From Halobacteriales archaeon QS_1_68_17 (lineage in GTDB: Archaea > Halobacteriota > Halobacteria > Halobacteriales > Haloarculaceae): a stretch of DNA of 64,000 bases. This document shows positions 1 to 9,507 of the stretch, one piece after another. The notes under the pieces are model-generated. The model did no database searches. It was not told the origin of the DNA and was given only the letters and a program-made list of their open reading frames with translations. Numbering within the stretch: the first letter of the stretch is position 1; each line of letters starts with the position of its first letter. The position numbers and the translations under genes were made by a program. The DNA is taken from assembly GCA_003021105.1 (NCBI GenBank), contig PXRG01000022.1:9044-73043 (forward strand). Reading direction: 5' to 3'.

Positions 1-95
1 GGGGTGGCATCCCCGCGGAAACGCGGGAATTTCCACGTCCCCGGGGAGTGGACACCCGCGGAAAGGTACAAGCCGCTGGGGTTCGTCCGGCCCGT

Positions 96-1247
96 ATGCG
101 CGTCACGGAATACGAGCTGTTCCGGGTGCCCCCGCGGTGGGTATTCCTGAAACTCACCACCGCCGACGGCACCGTCGGCTGGGGGGAGCCGACCCTCGAA
201 GGGCACGGGCGGACGGTGTCGGCCGCGGTCGAGGAGATCATCGACAACTACCTCATCGGCGAGACGCCGATGGACATCGAGCGACACTGGCAGGCGATGT
301 ACCGCGGGCGGCACTTCCGTGGCGGGCCGATCCTGATGAGCGCCATCGCGGGCATCGACCAGGCGCTGTGGGACATCAAGGGCAAACAGTACGGCGCGCC
401 GGTCTACGAGTTGCTCGGGGGGCGGGCGCGCGACCGCATCCAGGTCTACCAGTGGATCGGGGGCGACACCCCCGCGGAGTTCGCCGAGGCGGCCGAGACC
501 GCCGTCGACGACGGCTACGACGCGGTGAAGCTGACGCCGGTCTCGAAGGTCCGCCGGCTCGACGCGCCCGAGGTCGTCGAGCGGGCGAGCGAGCGCATCG
601 CGGCCGTCCGGGCCGCCGTCGGCGAGTCGGTCGACGTGGGCGTCGACTTCCGCGGGCGCGTGACCCGGAGCATGGTCCGGTGGCTGGGGGACGAACTCGA
701 TCAGTACGGGCTGATGTTCATCGAGGAACCGCTGTTGCCGGAGCACGTCGAACTGCTGCCGACGCTGAAGACCCACCTGCGGACGCCGATTGCCTCGGGC
801 GGCCGGTTCCACTCCCGGTTCCAGTTCAAGCGGGCGCTCGACCGGGGCGGTCTCGACATCGTCCAGCCCGATCCCTCCCACGCCGGCGGGATCACAGAGG
901 TCGCCAAGATCGCCGCGCTGGCCGAATCCTACAACGCCCTGCTGTCGCTCCAGTGTCCGATCGGCCCCGTCGCCTTCGCCACCTGCCTCCAGCTCGACGC
1001 CGCCCTCCACAACGCCACCGTCCAGGCCCAGAATCTCGACGTCCACGACCCCGAGGACAACGACCTCCTCTCGTACCTCCGGGACCCGACCGTCTTCGAG
1101 TTCGCCGACGGCCACGTCCGACCGCCGGACGAACCCGGCCTCGGGATCGAGATCGACGAGGACCGCGTCCGCCGCGAGGCGGCCACCCAGACCGGCTGGC
1201 AGAACCCGATCTGGTACCACGAGGACGGCAGCATCGCGGAGTGGTGA
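96..1247 (+). CDS. dgoD: D-galactonate dehydratase-like enolase-superfamily enzyme (mandelate racemase/muconate lactonizing family)
   Basis: ORF 48..1247 (GTG) trimmed to ATG 96. N-terminus MRVTEYELFRVPPRWVFLKLTTADGTVGWGEP and length fit galactonate dehydratase; motif memory, not alignment. Confidence 0.8.
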   Translation: MRVTEYELFRVPPRWVFLKLTTADGTVGWGEPTLEGHGRTVSAAVEEIIDNYLIGETPMDIERHWQAMYRGRHFRGGPILMSAIAGIDQALWDIKGKQYGAPVYELLGGRARDRIQVYQWIGGDTPAEFAEAAETAVDDGYDAVKLTPVSKVRRLDAPEVVERASERIAAVRAAVGESVDVGVDFRGRVTRSMVRWLGDELDQYGLMFIEEPLLPEHVELLPTLKTHLRTPIASGGRFHSRFQFKRALDRGGLDIVQPDPSHAGGITEVAKIAALAESYNALLSLQCPIGPVAFATCLQLDAALHNATVQAQNLDVHDPEDNDLLSYLRDPTVFEFADGHVRPPDEPGLGIEIDEDRVRREAATQTGWQNPIWYHEDGSIAEW

Positions 1248-1284
1248 CCGTCCCGACACCGCCCGGCACCGTCCCGCGGAAAGC

Positions 1285-1303
1285 CGTTCGGTATCGAGGA
1301 ACG
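1285..1303. promoter_or_regulatory. Palindrome CGTTCGGTATCGAGGAACG (CGTTC-N9-GAACG), candidate operator upstream of IclR-1
   Basis: Read directly; position anchored on the dgoD frame. A near-identical copy lies at 2334..2352. Confidence 0.45.
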
Positions 1304-1461
1304 ACCGACGGGGACGAGCGCGCGGTCGGCCCGGATGCGCGGCGAGAACCCGTAGAACCCCGGGCACACCGCCAATCCGTCGGTGGACGCGACGGCAGCG
1401 GCGACTCGGCGTTCGGTAGTGGGGAACAAGAATTTAGTATCGCGGGTCCGAAGCGTGGGCA

Positions 1462-2220
1462 ATGAACACACGCGACAGGGTGAAGGCGACCGCGACCAGT
1501 TTCGAGGTGCTCGAGGCGCTCATCGAGGCCGACGGGGCCGGCGTGACCGAGTGTGCGGAACGGGTCGACCTGTCGAAAAGTTCGGCCTACAGCCACCTCG
1601 CCACGCTGGAGGAACTGGGCTACGTGGTCGAGGAGGGCGGCACCTACCGGGTCGGGATGGGGTTTCTCGACCTGGGTCACCGCGCACGCGAAGGGAACAC
1701 CCTCTACCGGAACGCGGTCCCCGAGATCCAGAAACTCGCGTACGCGTCGGGGCTCCCGTCCAGCGTGCTGGTCGCCGAGCGGGGAGTGGGCATCCCCCTC
1801 AAGACGGTGCCGGGGAACAAGACCGAGGAGATCGTCTGCGAAACGGGCGTAGAGACGCCGCTACACGCGACGGCGGCCGGGAAGGCCATCCTGGCGGAAC
1901 TGGACCACGAGGAGGTCGAGGGGATCGCCGACCGGCAGGGACTGGAACAGGCAACCCCGAACACCATCGACGACACGGCGGACCTGTTCGACGAACTGCG
2001 GACGATCCGCGACCAGGGCCTCGCGTACGACCGCGAGGAGTACCGCGAGGGGTTCCGCGGCGTCGGCGCGGCGGTGACCGACCCGAGAGACCGGGTCGTC
2101 GGGGCGGTCACGGTCATGGGGCCGGTCGACCTGCTGAGCGGCAAGCGCTTCCAGCAGGACATTCCCGGACTGATCATCAGTACGACGAACCGCATCGGCA
2201 ACCGGGTCGCGTCGCCCTGA
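1462..2220 (+). CDS. IclR-family transcriptional regulator
   Basis: 252-aa ORF with an N-terminal winged helix (LSKSSAYSHLATLEELGYV) and a C-terminal IclR-type effector domain pattern. Confidence 0.85.
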   Translation: MNTRDRVKATATSFEVLEALIEADGAGVTECAERVDLSKSSAYSHLATLEELGYVVEEGGTYRVGMGFLDLGHRAREGNTLYRNAVPEIQKLAYASGLPSSVLVAERGVGIPLKTVPGNKTEEIVCETGVETPLHATAAGKAILAELDHEEVEGIADRQGLEQATPNTIDDTADLFDELRTIRDQGLAYDREEYREGFRGVGAAVTDPRDRVVGAVTVMGPVDLLSGKRFQQDIPGLIISTTNRIGNRVASP

Positions 2221-2333
2221 CCGGCCGGGCGTTCTCTGACACAGAACGGACGCCCAGTCCGTCGTGTGTGTTACCGGGACACATGGTGCGCAGAGCGCCG
2301 AATGCCCCCCAACCGCCGGCGGCCGTGAAAATA

Positions 2334-2352
2334 CGTTCGGTATCAGGGAACG
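2334..2352. promoter_or_regulatory. Palindrome CGTTCGGTATCAGGGAACG, second copy of the 1285 site
   Basis: 17 of 19 positions identical to 1285..1303; lies 114 nt after the IclR-1 stop. Confidence 0.45.
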
Positions 2353-2852
2353 AGCCGGGGAGTGCCGGAGCGTCGTGCCCCCATTACACAACTATGTCTG
2401 TCATCTCCCGGATACCCACGGGCCGGGTGCGGTGTGACAGACCTATGTCTGTAATGGATGTCGGAGGACGGAAGTCGGAGGTTCGGGTCCAAAGATACAG
2501 AAGTATCTGTAACAACTGCGACTGACTCCGCAATTCGTCTTTGCGACGGATCTCGGACGCGAAACGGACAGATCGCCGCCGGATACGCCGGCGATCGGCG
2601 AGGTATTCGCGTCGGCGACGGGAGTGGGGACGGCCGACCGATCCGCGTCCAGTAAGCCGGTCTCACGCTCGGTCGGGCGCGAGCGCGAAGGTCCTCGGTA
2701 ATTCAAACACTTCTATTCGATATGGGGTAGCAGCGGCGACCGGGCGGCGGAGACGGACGTCCCCGGTACGGTCGGTGACGCCGGGTGCACTCGACGGTCG
2801 ATGCGGGACGTTGGCGTGTGACTTTTGTACCCCGTGAGCGAAACGGTCCCCA

Positions 2853-4073
2853 GTGGCTGGGGACTCACCCGACAGGCCGGCGGACTCGGCCCTCGAGGAG
2901 CTGTTCTACCACACCGACAGTGTCCCCTTCGTGTACTGGCGCGAGTTCACGGGAGCGAAGACGACGGTCCTGCTGACCGCGACGATCGCGGTACTGTCGT
3001 TTATCGTCGGGCTGTCGGACTTGAGCCAGCAGTCGGTCCAGCTCGACGGCCCGCTGGCCGTCTTCCTGCCGGGGTCGACCGAACTGATCCGGCTGTACGG
3101 CGTGTTCTTCGCGTTCCTGATCGCCGGCCTGACCGTCGGATTGCAACGGCAGAAACGCGTCGCCTGGTACACTACCATGATCGCACTCCCGCTGGTGGCG
3201 CTGTTGCCCCTGCTGACCGCCGACGCGACCGACGTCCCGCTGTTTTTGTTCGTGGGGCTGACCTATCCGCTCTTGCTCTGGAACCGGTCGAAGTTCGACG
3301 AATCGGTCGACCTGTCGGCATTCCAGCTCGCCGCGCTGGCGTCGTTCGTGGGCGTCCAGGTCTACGGGACGGTGGGGGCCTACGTCATGCAGGAGAACTA
3401 CACCGGGATCAAAACCTGGACGGACGCCTTCTACTACATCATCGTGACGGGGACGACCGTCGGCTACGGCGACGCGACGCCGACCGGCCAGGTGACGAAA
3501 CTGTTCACCCTCTCGGTGATCGTCCTCGGGACGGCGGCCTTTACGATCGCCTCCGGGTCGCTGCTCATCCCCGCGATCGAATCCCGCATCTCCAACGCCT
3601 TCGGAAACATGACCGCATCGGAACTCACACTGCTCGAGGACCACGTGCTGGTCCTGGGATACGGCGACGTGACGGAACCGCTTCTCGACGAACTCGAACC
3701 GAAGACCGACCTGGTGGTGGTGACGACCGACTCGGACACGGCCACGGAACTCAAAGACGAGGGGGTCAACGTCGTGACCGACGACCCGACGGACACGGAG
3801 ACGCTCCGGGAGGCGCGGATCGACACCGCCAGGGGCGTCGTCATCGCCACGGAGGACGACGCCCAGGACGTGATGGCGATCCTGGCGGCCAAGCAGGCGA
3901 ACCCGGACATCCGGGTCGTGGCGGCCGCCAACGACCAGCAACACATCGACAAACTCGAAGGGGTCGGGGCCGACGCGGTCATCAGCCCCACCGTCATCGG
4001 CGGCAGGATGCTCGGCCGCTCGGTGCTCGGAGAGGCCGAGTCGCTGCTCGACGACGCCGACGACGTCGAGTGA
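2853..4073 (+). CDS. Potassium channel with C-terminal RCK/TrkA-N domain
   Basis: 406 aa. TM helices plus the canonical selectivity filter TTVGYGD (3453..3473), followed by a Rossmann-like VLVLGYGDV domain. GTG start. Confidence 0.85.
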   Translation: MAGDSPDRPADSALEELFYHTDSVPFVYWREFTGAKTTVLLTATIAVLSFIVGLSDLSQQSVQLDGPLAVFLPGSTELIRLYGVFFAFLIAGLTVGLQRQKRVAWYTTMIALPLVALLPLLTADATDVPLFLFVGLTYPLLLWNRSKFDESVDLSAFQLAALASFVGVQVYGTVGAYVMQENYTGIKTWTDAFYYIIVTGTTVGYGDATPTGQVTKLFTLSVIVLGTAAFTIASGSLLIPAIESRISNAFGNMTASELTLLEDHVLVLGYGDVTEPLLDELEPKTDLVVVTTDSDTATELKDEGVNVVTDDPTDTETLREARIDTARGVVIATEDDAQDVMAILAAKQANPDIRVVAAANDQQHIDKLEGVGADAVISPTVIGGRMLGRSVLGEAESLLDDADDVE

Positions 4074-4165
4074 CTCCCGTCCGCGACCGCGGGAGCGCGG
4101 GCACGGTCCCCCGCGGGTGATCCGGCCCGCCGAACGTGACAGTCAGGGTACTGTTCGGTAGGACT

Positions 4166-6067
4166 ATGGGGCGTCGTGACGATGTCCGGACGATGGCAAC
4201 GCAAGGGGTCAGTGCCGCCGAACGGATACTCCGGAAGGGGTTGCTCCCGGTGTGTGTGATCGCCGGAGCGGCGGTGATTGCCGGGTTTTTCTTCCCGCAG
4301 TTCGTCGGGGACGTGGTGACGGGACAGGGATGGCTCGTCCTCGCGCTCCTGTTTTTCGGTGCCGGGCTGGGGTACATCGCGCTGTTGCCGGTCGAGACCG
4401 GCGAACCCGAGGAGAACAGGATCGAACGCGGTGCGACGTACCTGCTCCGCGTCCGGCGGCTCACCTGGATCGACAGCGTCAAACACTTCCTCTCCCGGCA
4501 GGACCCGCTCACGTTCGGCGCGCCGGTGCTCGTACTCGCGGTCTTTTTCGCCGCATTCCTGATCCTCCCCGAGGGCACCGTCGCCGCCACCAACGCGGTC
4601 CGTGACTTCCTGCTCCGGGAACTGGGGCTGCTGTTCCTCGGGGTGATGTTCCTGTCGGTGCTGTACTGCCTGTTCCTGCTGGTGGGGCCGTGGGGCGATG
4701 TCAGGCTGGGCGGGTCGGACGCGGAGCCGACCTACACCTACCCCACGTACTTCTCGATGGTGTTCACCGCGGGCATCGCGGCGGGCATCGTCTTCTGGGG
4801 GCCCGCCGAGGCCATCTTCCACTACCAGTCGCCGCCGCCGTACTTCGGTGCGGACCCCCAGTCCGGGGGCGCGATCCTCTTCGGGCTGACCTACGCGCTG
4901 TTCCACTGGGGGTTCTCGGCCTGGAGCGCCTACACCGTCATCGGCGTGCCGATCGCCTACTTCATGTACCAGCGCGGCGCGCCGCTCCGGGTGTCGACCG
5001 TCCTGACGCCGTTTCTGGGCGTCGACGGCCTCGACTCGCTGCCCGGCCGGATCGTCGACACGCTGGCGATTTTCGCCACCATCGGCGGCATCGCCACCTC
5101 CGTCGCGTTCGTCAGCCGGCAGTTCCTCACCGGCATCAACTTCCAGTGGGGCGTGACCTACGGCGACCTCGGGCCGGTGCTGTTCGTCGGGATGCTGACG
5201 CTGATCTACGTCCTGTCGGCCGCCAGCGGCGTCCACCGCGGCATCCGCCGCATCGCCGCGGTCAACGTCGTCCTCTTCGGGCTGTTCGCGCTGTTGCTGG
5301 TGGCGGTCGGGCCGCGCTCGTTCGTCCTCGACCGCGGGATGGCCGCGCTCGGCAACTACGCCGCCCACTTCGTGCAGATGAGTTTCTACACCGGCGGCGA
5401 GTGGGTCGCGGGCTGGACGGTCTGGAACTGGTCGTGGTGGTTCTCCTGGGCGCCGTTCGCCGGCCTGTTTCTCGCCGCGCTCTCCCGGGGCCGGACGGTG
5501 CGGACGGTCGTCCTGACGGGCGTCGTCGCCACGTCGGGCGCGACTATCGTCTGGTTTCTCCTGATGGGCGGCCCCTCGCTGTACCTCCAGCACACCGGCG
5601 CGGCCGACATCCTCGCCTCGATCTCGGCCTACGGCGGCTCCGAGGCCGTCGCCGGGTTCCCCATGTTCGCGGCGCTGCCGTTCAGCCAGCTGCTTATGTT
5701 CCTGTTTCTGGCGCTGATCGTCGTCTTCATCGTCACCTCCGCGGACACCTCGACGCTGGTGGTCTCGATCCTGGCGACGAAACGCGAACTGGCCCCCTCG
5801 ACGGGGAGCCTCGTCTTCTGGGGGATCTTCCAGGGCACGGTCGCCGTGACGGTCCTGCTGATCGGCGGCGGCGAGACCCTCCAGGCCGTGGCAGTGCTGA
5901 CCGGCGGTCCGTTCGCCGTCATCTCGCTGGTCGCGCTGCTGGGTCTGACCGTGTCGTTCCGGCGCAACGAACGGGGTCACTCCTCCCTGCCCGGCAAGCT
6001 CTGGCGGCGGCTCCCCACCGTCGAGACGCCGGATAGACTGGATACCGGTCCCGGCAAAGACGACTGA
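4166..6067 (+). CDS. BCCT-family (betaine/carnitine/choline) transporter
   Basis: Polytopic membrane protein with the BCCT signature region WTVWNWSWWFSWAPFAGLFLAALSRGRTVR. Start is ambiguous (GTG 4136, ATG 4166, ATG 4193). Confidence 0.85.
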   Translation: MGRRDDVRTMATQGVSAAERILRKGLLPVCVIAGAAVIAGFFFPQFVGDVVTGQGWLVLALLFFGAGLGYIALLPVETGEPEENRIERGATYLLRVRRLTWIDSVKHFLSRQDPLTFGAPVLVLAVFFAAFLILPEGTVAATNAVRDFLLRELGLLFLGVMFLSVLYCLFLLVGPWGDVRLGGSDAEPTYTYPTYFSMVFTAGIAAGIVFWGPAEAIFHYQSPPPYFGADPQSGGAILFGLTYALFHWGFSAWSAYTVIGVPIAYFMYQRGAPLRVSTVLTPFLGVDGLDSLPGRIVDTLAIFATIGGIATSVAFVSRQFLTGINFQWGVTYGDLGPVLFVGMLTLIYVLSAASGVHRGIRRIAAVNVVLFGLFALLLVAVGPRSFVLDRGMAALGNYAAHFVQMSFYTGGEWVAGWTVWNWSWWFSWAPFAGLFLAALSRGRTVRTVVLTGVVATSGATIVWFLLMGGPSLYLQHTGAADILASISAYGGSEAVAGFPMFAALPFSQLLMFLFLALIVVFIVTSADTSTLVVSILATKRELAPSTGSLVFWGIFQGTVAVTVLLIGGGETLQAVAVLTGGPFAVISLVALLGLTVSFRRNERGHSSLPGKLWRRLPTVETPDRLDTGPGKDD

Positions 6068-6137
6068 TACTGGCGGCGCTCCCGCCGTGCATTCGGTACC
6101 CCCCGGAGTCGACCCCGAATGGCGTCGCGGACACCGG

Positions 6138-6422
6138 TTAGCCGGGGCGCAGGAAGCGCGTCCGCCGCGACCCCGTCATGTCGGCCGCGCAGTTCCGACA
6201 GTAGTCGAAGGTCGCGTCGTTGTCGGTCCCGCACTCCGGACAGGTGCGTGCCTGCTCCGGGTTTGGATCGGCCTCCTCCGTGTCCGCCTCCCACTTCTCG
6301 GGCCGGTGGAGGTAGGCCCGCTCGTTGCCCCGGGTGTCCCGGTCCGGGCCGCGGTAGACGATGAGCACCTCGACCACCAACAGCACTACCACCCCGAGCA
6401 CGAGCCAGACGAGGATGCTCAT
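6138..6422 (-). CDS. Small membrane-anchored zinc-ribbon protein
   Basis: 94 aa, MSILVWLVLGVVVLLVVEVLIVY TM helix, then CPECG..CRNC. It is the only protein-like part of a 343-aa antisense ORF. Confidence 0.6.
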   Translation of the reverse strand: MSILVWLVLGVVVLLVVEVLIVYRGPDRDTRGNERAYLHRPEKWEADTEEADPNPEQARTCPECGTDNDATFDYCRNCAADMTGSRRTRFLRPG

Positions 6423-6609
6423 GCTGTGCGCTACGGTACCAAGTACCTTAATTTCCGCGCCGGGAACGCACCAACGCCAGGTGTGCACCGCGTGCGCGGC
6501 GCACAGCTCGGCGTGCCCGGACGATCCAAAGCGGCGCACGGAGCGGCCGGACTGCCCACGGACCGCGCGTGCGAGCAGTATAACTCGGTGGCCTCCCAAC
6601 GGAGGGTCG

Positions 6610-7086
6610 ATGGACCGACGGCGTCTCCTCCGGCGTGCCGGCGTCGCGGCCGTGGCGGTGCTGGCCGGCTGTGCCGAGGGCGAAAGCGGGGACGACGGGA
6701 ACGGGACCGACCTCTCGGCCGGCCTCGGGCAGGGGTCGGACGTGCGCCTCTCCTCGCGCGAGGAGACGACGGTGCTCCACGCCGTCCAGAAGGCCGGCCA
6801 GCACGAGGCTGTCACCGTCGAGCGGGCCGGAATCGACGACGGCGCGGTGTACGTCGTGCTCCAGGCGGGACCGACCGACGAAATCGAGCGGGCCGTCCGG
6901 CTGGTGATCGACGCCCACCTCGGGACCGTACCGGAACCGCGGACGGCAGGGCTGGCGGTGTACACCACCGACGGCGAGAGCCGGACGCTCCGGGCCCGAC
7001 TGGCGCACGCGGTCGCAAAGCGGGCCGTCTCGGGTGACCTTTCGCGGTCGGAACTGTACGAACGGGCGCGCACGGCCGCGGAGTGA
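6610..7086 (+). CDS. Tat-signal lipoprotein, function unknown
   Basis: MDRRRLLRRAGVAAVAVLAGC twin-arginine motif plus lipobox, from an internal ATG of ORF 6361..7086. Confidence 0.65.
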   Translation: MDRRRLLRRAGVAAVAVLAGCAEGESGDDGNGTDLSAGLGQGSDVRLSSREETTVLHAVQKAGQHEAVTVERAGIDDGAVYVVLQAGPTDEIERAVRLVIDAHLGTVPEPRTAGLAVYTTDGESRTLRARLAHAVAKRAVSGDLSRSELYERARTAAE

Positions 7087-7129
7087 CGAGAACGCAATCC
7101 TGAAAGTCCGCGGTGCGAAGAGTTCACGC

Positions 7130-7894
7130 ATGAGGTCCCCGCAGGCGATCGAGGCGGACGGGCTGACAAAGCGGTACGGCGACGCGACGGCGGTCGACGG
7201 GGTCGACCTCTCGATCCCGCCGGGCACCGTGTACGGCTTCCTCGGCCCGAACGGGGCGGGGAAGACGACGACGATCAGGATGCTCGCGACGTTGCTCCGG
7301 CCGACCGCGGGCACCGCGCGGATCGCCGGCCAGCCGGTCACCGACCGGGCGGCTGTGGCACCACACGTCGGCTACCTGCCCGAGTCGCCGCCGCTGTTCG
7401 ACGAACTGACCGCCCGCGAACAGCTCCAGTACCACGCCGGCCTCCAGGACCTCCCCGGCGACGAGGCGGCCGACCGGATCGAGCGGCTGCTCGACCGGTT
7501 CGACCTGGCGGCCGACGCCGACGACCGGATCGGCACCTACTCGAAGGGGATGCAACAGAAGACGGCGCTCGTTCAGGCGCTCCTCCACGATCCGGACGTG
7601 GTGTTGCTCGACGAGCCGACCAGCGGGCTCGACCCGCGGGCCGCCCGGACGGTCAGGGACCTGCTCGCCGAACTCGCGGCCGGCGAGACGACCGTCTTTC
7701 TCTCGACGCACATCCTCCCGGTCGTCGACGAACTCGCGGACGTGGTGGGGGTGCTCTCGGACGGCCGCCTCGTCGCGGAGGGCGACCCGGACGCGCTGAA
7801 AGGGCGCGCCGAGGGGGGTGGCACCCTCGAAGACGTCTTCCTCGACGTGACCGGCGACGCGGACCTCGCGGCCGCCCGCCCCGAGGAACCATGA
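7130..7894 (+). CDS. ABC transporter ATP-binding protein (ABC-2/exporter type)
   Basis: Walker A GPNGAGKTT, signature YSKGMQQK, Walker B LLDEPTSGLD. ATG 7130 chosen inside ORF 7034..7894. Confidence 0.9.
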   Translation: MRSPQAIEADGLTKRYGDATAVDGVDLSIPPGTVYGFLGPNGAGKTTTIRMLATLLRPTAGTARIAGQPVTDRAAVAPHVGYLPESPPLFDELTAREQLQYHAGLQDLPGDEAADRIERLLDRFDLAADADDRIGTYSKGMQQKTALVQALLHDPDVVLLDEPTSGLDPRAARTVRDLLAELAAGETTVFLSTHILPVVDELADVVGVLSDGRLVAEGDPDALKGRAEGGGTLEDVFLDVTGDADLAAARPEEP

Positions 7895-9492
7895 TCGGCG
7901 GGCGGGTCCCCGCCATCGTGGCGACGGAAGCCCGCCACCGGCTCCGCGCGGTGGGAAACAGCGGCGGACAGGCCGTCGCGCTAGCGATCGGTGGGCTGTT
8001 CGGTGTGGTGTTCGCCCTCGGGGTCGCGGCCGGGGCCTTCTTCGCCGGGGAGCTGGTCGCCGACGGCTCGATCGCGGACCCGCTGGCTCCCCTCGGCCGG
8101 ACGGTCGGGTTCGCGGTCCTGTTCCCGGCCGCGCTGACCGCGATCCGGACGGCACAGGGTGCGGCGGGGCCGACCTGTCCCGACCACGTCCTGCTGGCCG
8201 CGCGCCACCGGGAGGTAGTCGCCGGGACTCTCGGGGTCGAGTGGCTCGTCCAGTCGACGATGCTCGGGGTCGCGGGGCTGGTGGCGGGCGTCGCGTTCGC
8301 GGCCGGGGCCGGGTCGCCCGCCAGCGCGGTGCTGGTCGCGGTCGCGGTCGCGGCGCTGCTCTCGGCGGGCGTGGCGGTCGGCCTCGCGGTCGGCCTCGGG
8401 GTCAGGCTGGCGATCGCCCGGTCCCGGCTGCTCGCGCGGTTCAAGACCGCCGTCGGGGTCGCGGTCCTGCTGGCGTACCTGGCCGTTGCCGCGAGCGGCG
8501 ACCAGGCACGGGTGTTCGCGCCGGCGGCGAACGCGCTCGCAGCCACGCCGGTCGGCTGGATCGCGGACCTCGCGTTGCTGGCGGTGGCCCCCGGCGCGAG
8601 CGTCCTCCGGGCCGGGGGAGCGCTCCTGGCCGCGTCGGGGACCGTTCTCGCGGCCGGCGGGGCGGCGTCGTGGCTGGCCGACCGACTGTGGTACGAGACG
8701 CCGGTCGACCCGCACGGCACGGACACGGACACAGACACCGGCAGGACCGGGTCCGGATCGGGGATGCAGCCGGTGCCGGGCGTGGCCCGGCAGACCGGAT
8801 TCGTCGCCCGGAAGGCGCTGCTCCGGGCGGTCCGGTCGCCGATCCGCCTGCTGTACGTCGTCTACCCGCTGTTCGCGCTCGCGGGGCCGCTCTCGAACGC
8901 CCTGGGGGGCGGGTCCGTCCCGGGGGCGGCTGTCCCCGGGGTGGCGCTGTACCTGGCCTGGGCGGCCGGCGCGGCGTTCACGCTGAACCCGCTGGGCGAC
9001 GAGACGCCCGTCCTCCCGACGACGCTGGTCGCGCCGATCACCGGCGGCCGGTTCGTCCGCGGGCTCTGGGTCGCCGCGTCCGGGATCGGCGTGCCGGTCG
9101 CGCTGGCAGCCGTCGCGGTGATCGGCGTCGCCGTCGGCCTGCCGCCGGTCGACCTGGTGCTGGTCGTCGCGCTGGCCGCGGGGCTGACCGCGCTCGCCCC
9201 CGGGCTGGCGCTCGGGGTCGGGGCCGCGTTCCCCCGGACGGAGCCGGCCCGCGTCACCCGCTCCCGGCGCGCGGTCGTCCCCAGCCTGTTCGCGTTCGCG
9301 CTCTACTCGCTGCCGCTGTTCGTGCTCTCGGCCCCCGCGGTGGCGCTGTCGGTCGGACCGGGACGGGCGACGGTCGCGTCGCTGGCGGGCGTTCCGGCGC
9401 CGCTGCTCGGCGGCGCGGGCGTCGCCGGTCGCCGACGGTTGAGGATCGAGTCCGGAGACCGACGGCCAGGAGTCGCCGACGGCCGAAAGTAA
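7891..9492 (+). CDS. Polytopic membrane protein, probable permease partner of the preceding ABC ATPase
   Basis: 533 aa, Ala/Gly/Leu/Val-rich with many predicted TM segments. Its start overlaps the ATPase stop (ATGA). Confidence 0.6.
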   Translation: MIGGRVPAIVATEARHRLRAVGNSGGQAVALAIGGLFGVVFALGVAAGAFFAGELVADGSIADPLAPLGRTVGFAVLFPAALTAIRTAQGAAGPTCPDHVLLAARHREVVAGTLGVEWLVQSTMLGVAGLVAGVAFAAGAGSPASAVLVAVAVAALLSAGVAVGLAVGLGVRLAIARSRLLARFKTAVGVAVLLAYLAVAASGDQARVFAPAANALAATPVGWIADLALLAVAPGASVLRAGGALLAASGTVLAAGGAASWLADRLWYETPVDPHGTDTDTDTGRTGSGSGMQPVPGVARQTGFVARKALLRAVRSPIRLLYVVYPLFALAGPLSNALGGGSVPGAAVPGVALYLAWAAGAAFTLNPLGDETPVLPTTLVAPITGGRFVRGLWVAASGIGVPVALAAVAVIGVAVGLPPVDLVLVVALAAGLTALAPGLALGVGAAFPRTEPARVTRSRRAVVPSLFAFALYSLPLFVLSAPAVALSVGPGRATVASLAGVPAPLLGGAGVAGRRRLRIESGDRRPGVADGRK

Positions 9493-9507
9493 GTAGGAGA
9501 CCGACAG

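Noticed and set aside
1-47. GGAAAC / TTTCCAC words and the CCCGCGgaaaCGCGGG hairpin (12..27) at the window start looked origin-recognition-box-like.
   Set aside because: There is only one copy, and the order of the G-string and core does not fit ORB elements as I remember them. No AT-rich unwinding region or orc1/cdc6 gene is visible, and the left context is cut off by the window edge.
3464-5980. Very long ORFs antisense to real genes. Examples: 3464..5980 minus (838 aa), 54975..57476 minus (833 aa), 43969..45366 plus, and 61944..63470 minus.
   Set aside because: They have Arg/Pro/Gly/Asp-rich low-complexity composition and sit exactly opposite genes with clear family motifs. This is the usual stop-codon-poor antisense frame of high-GC DNA.
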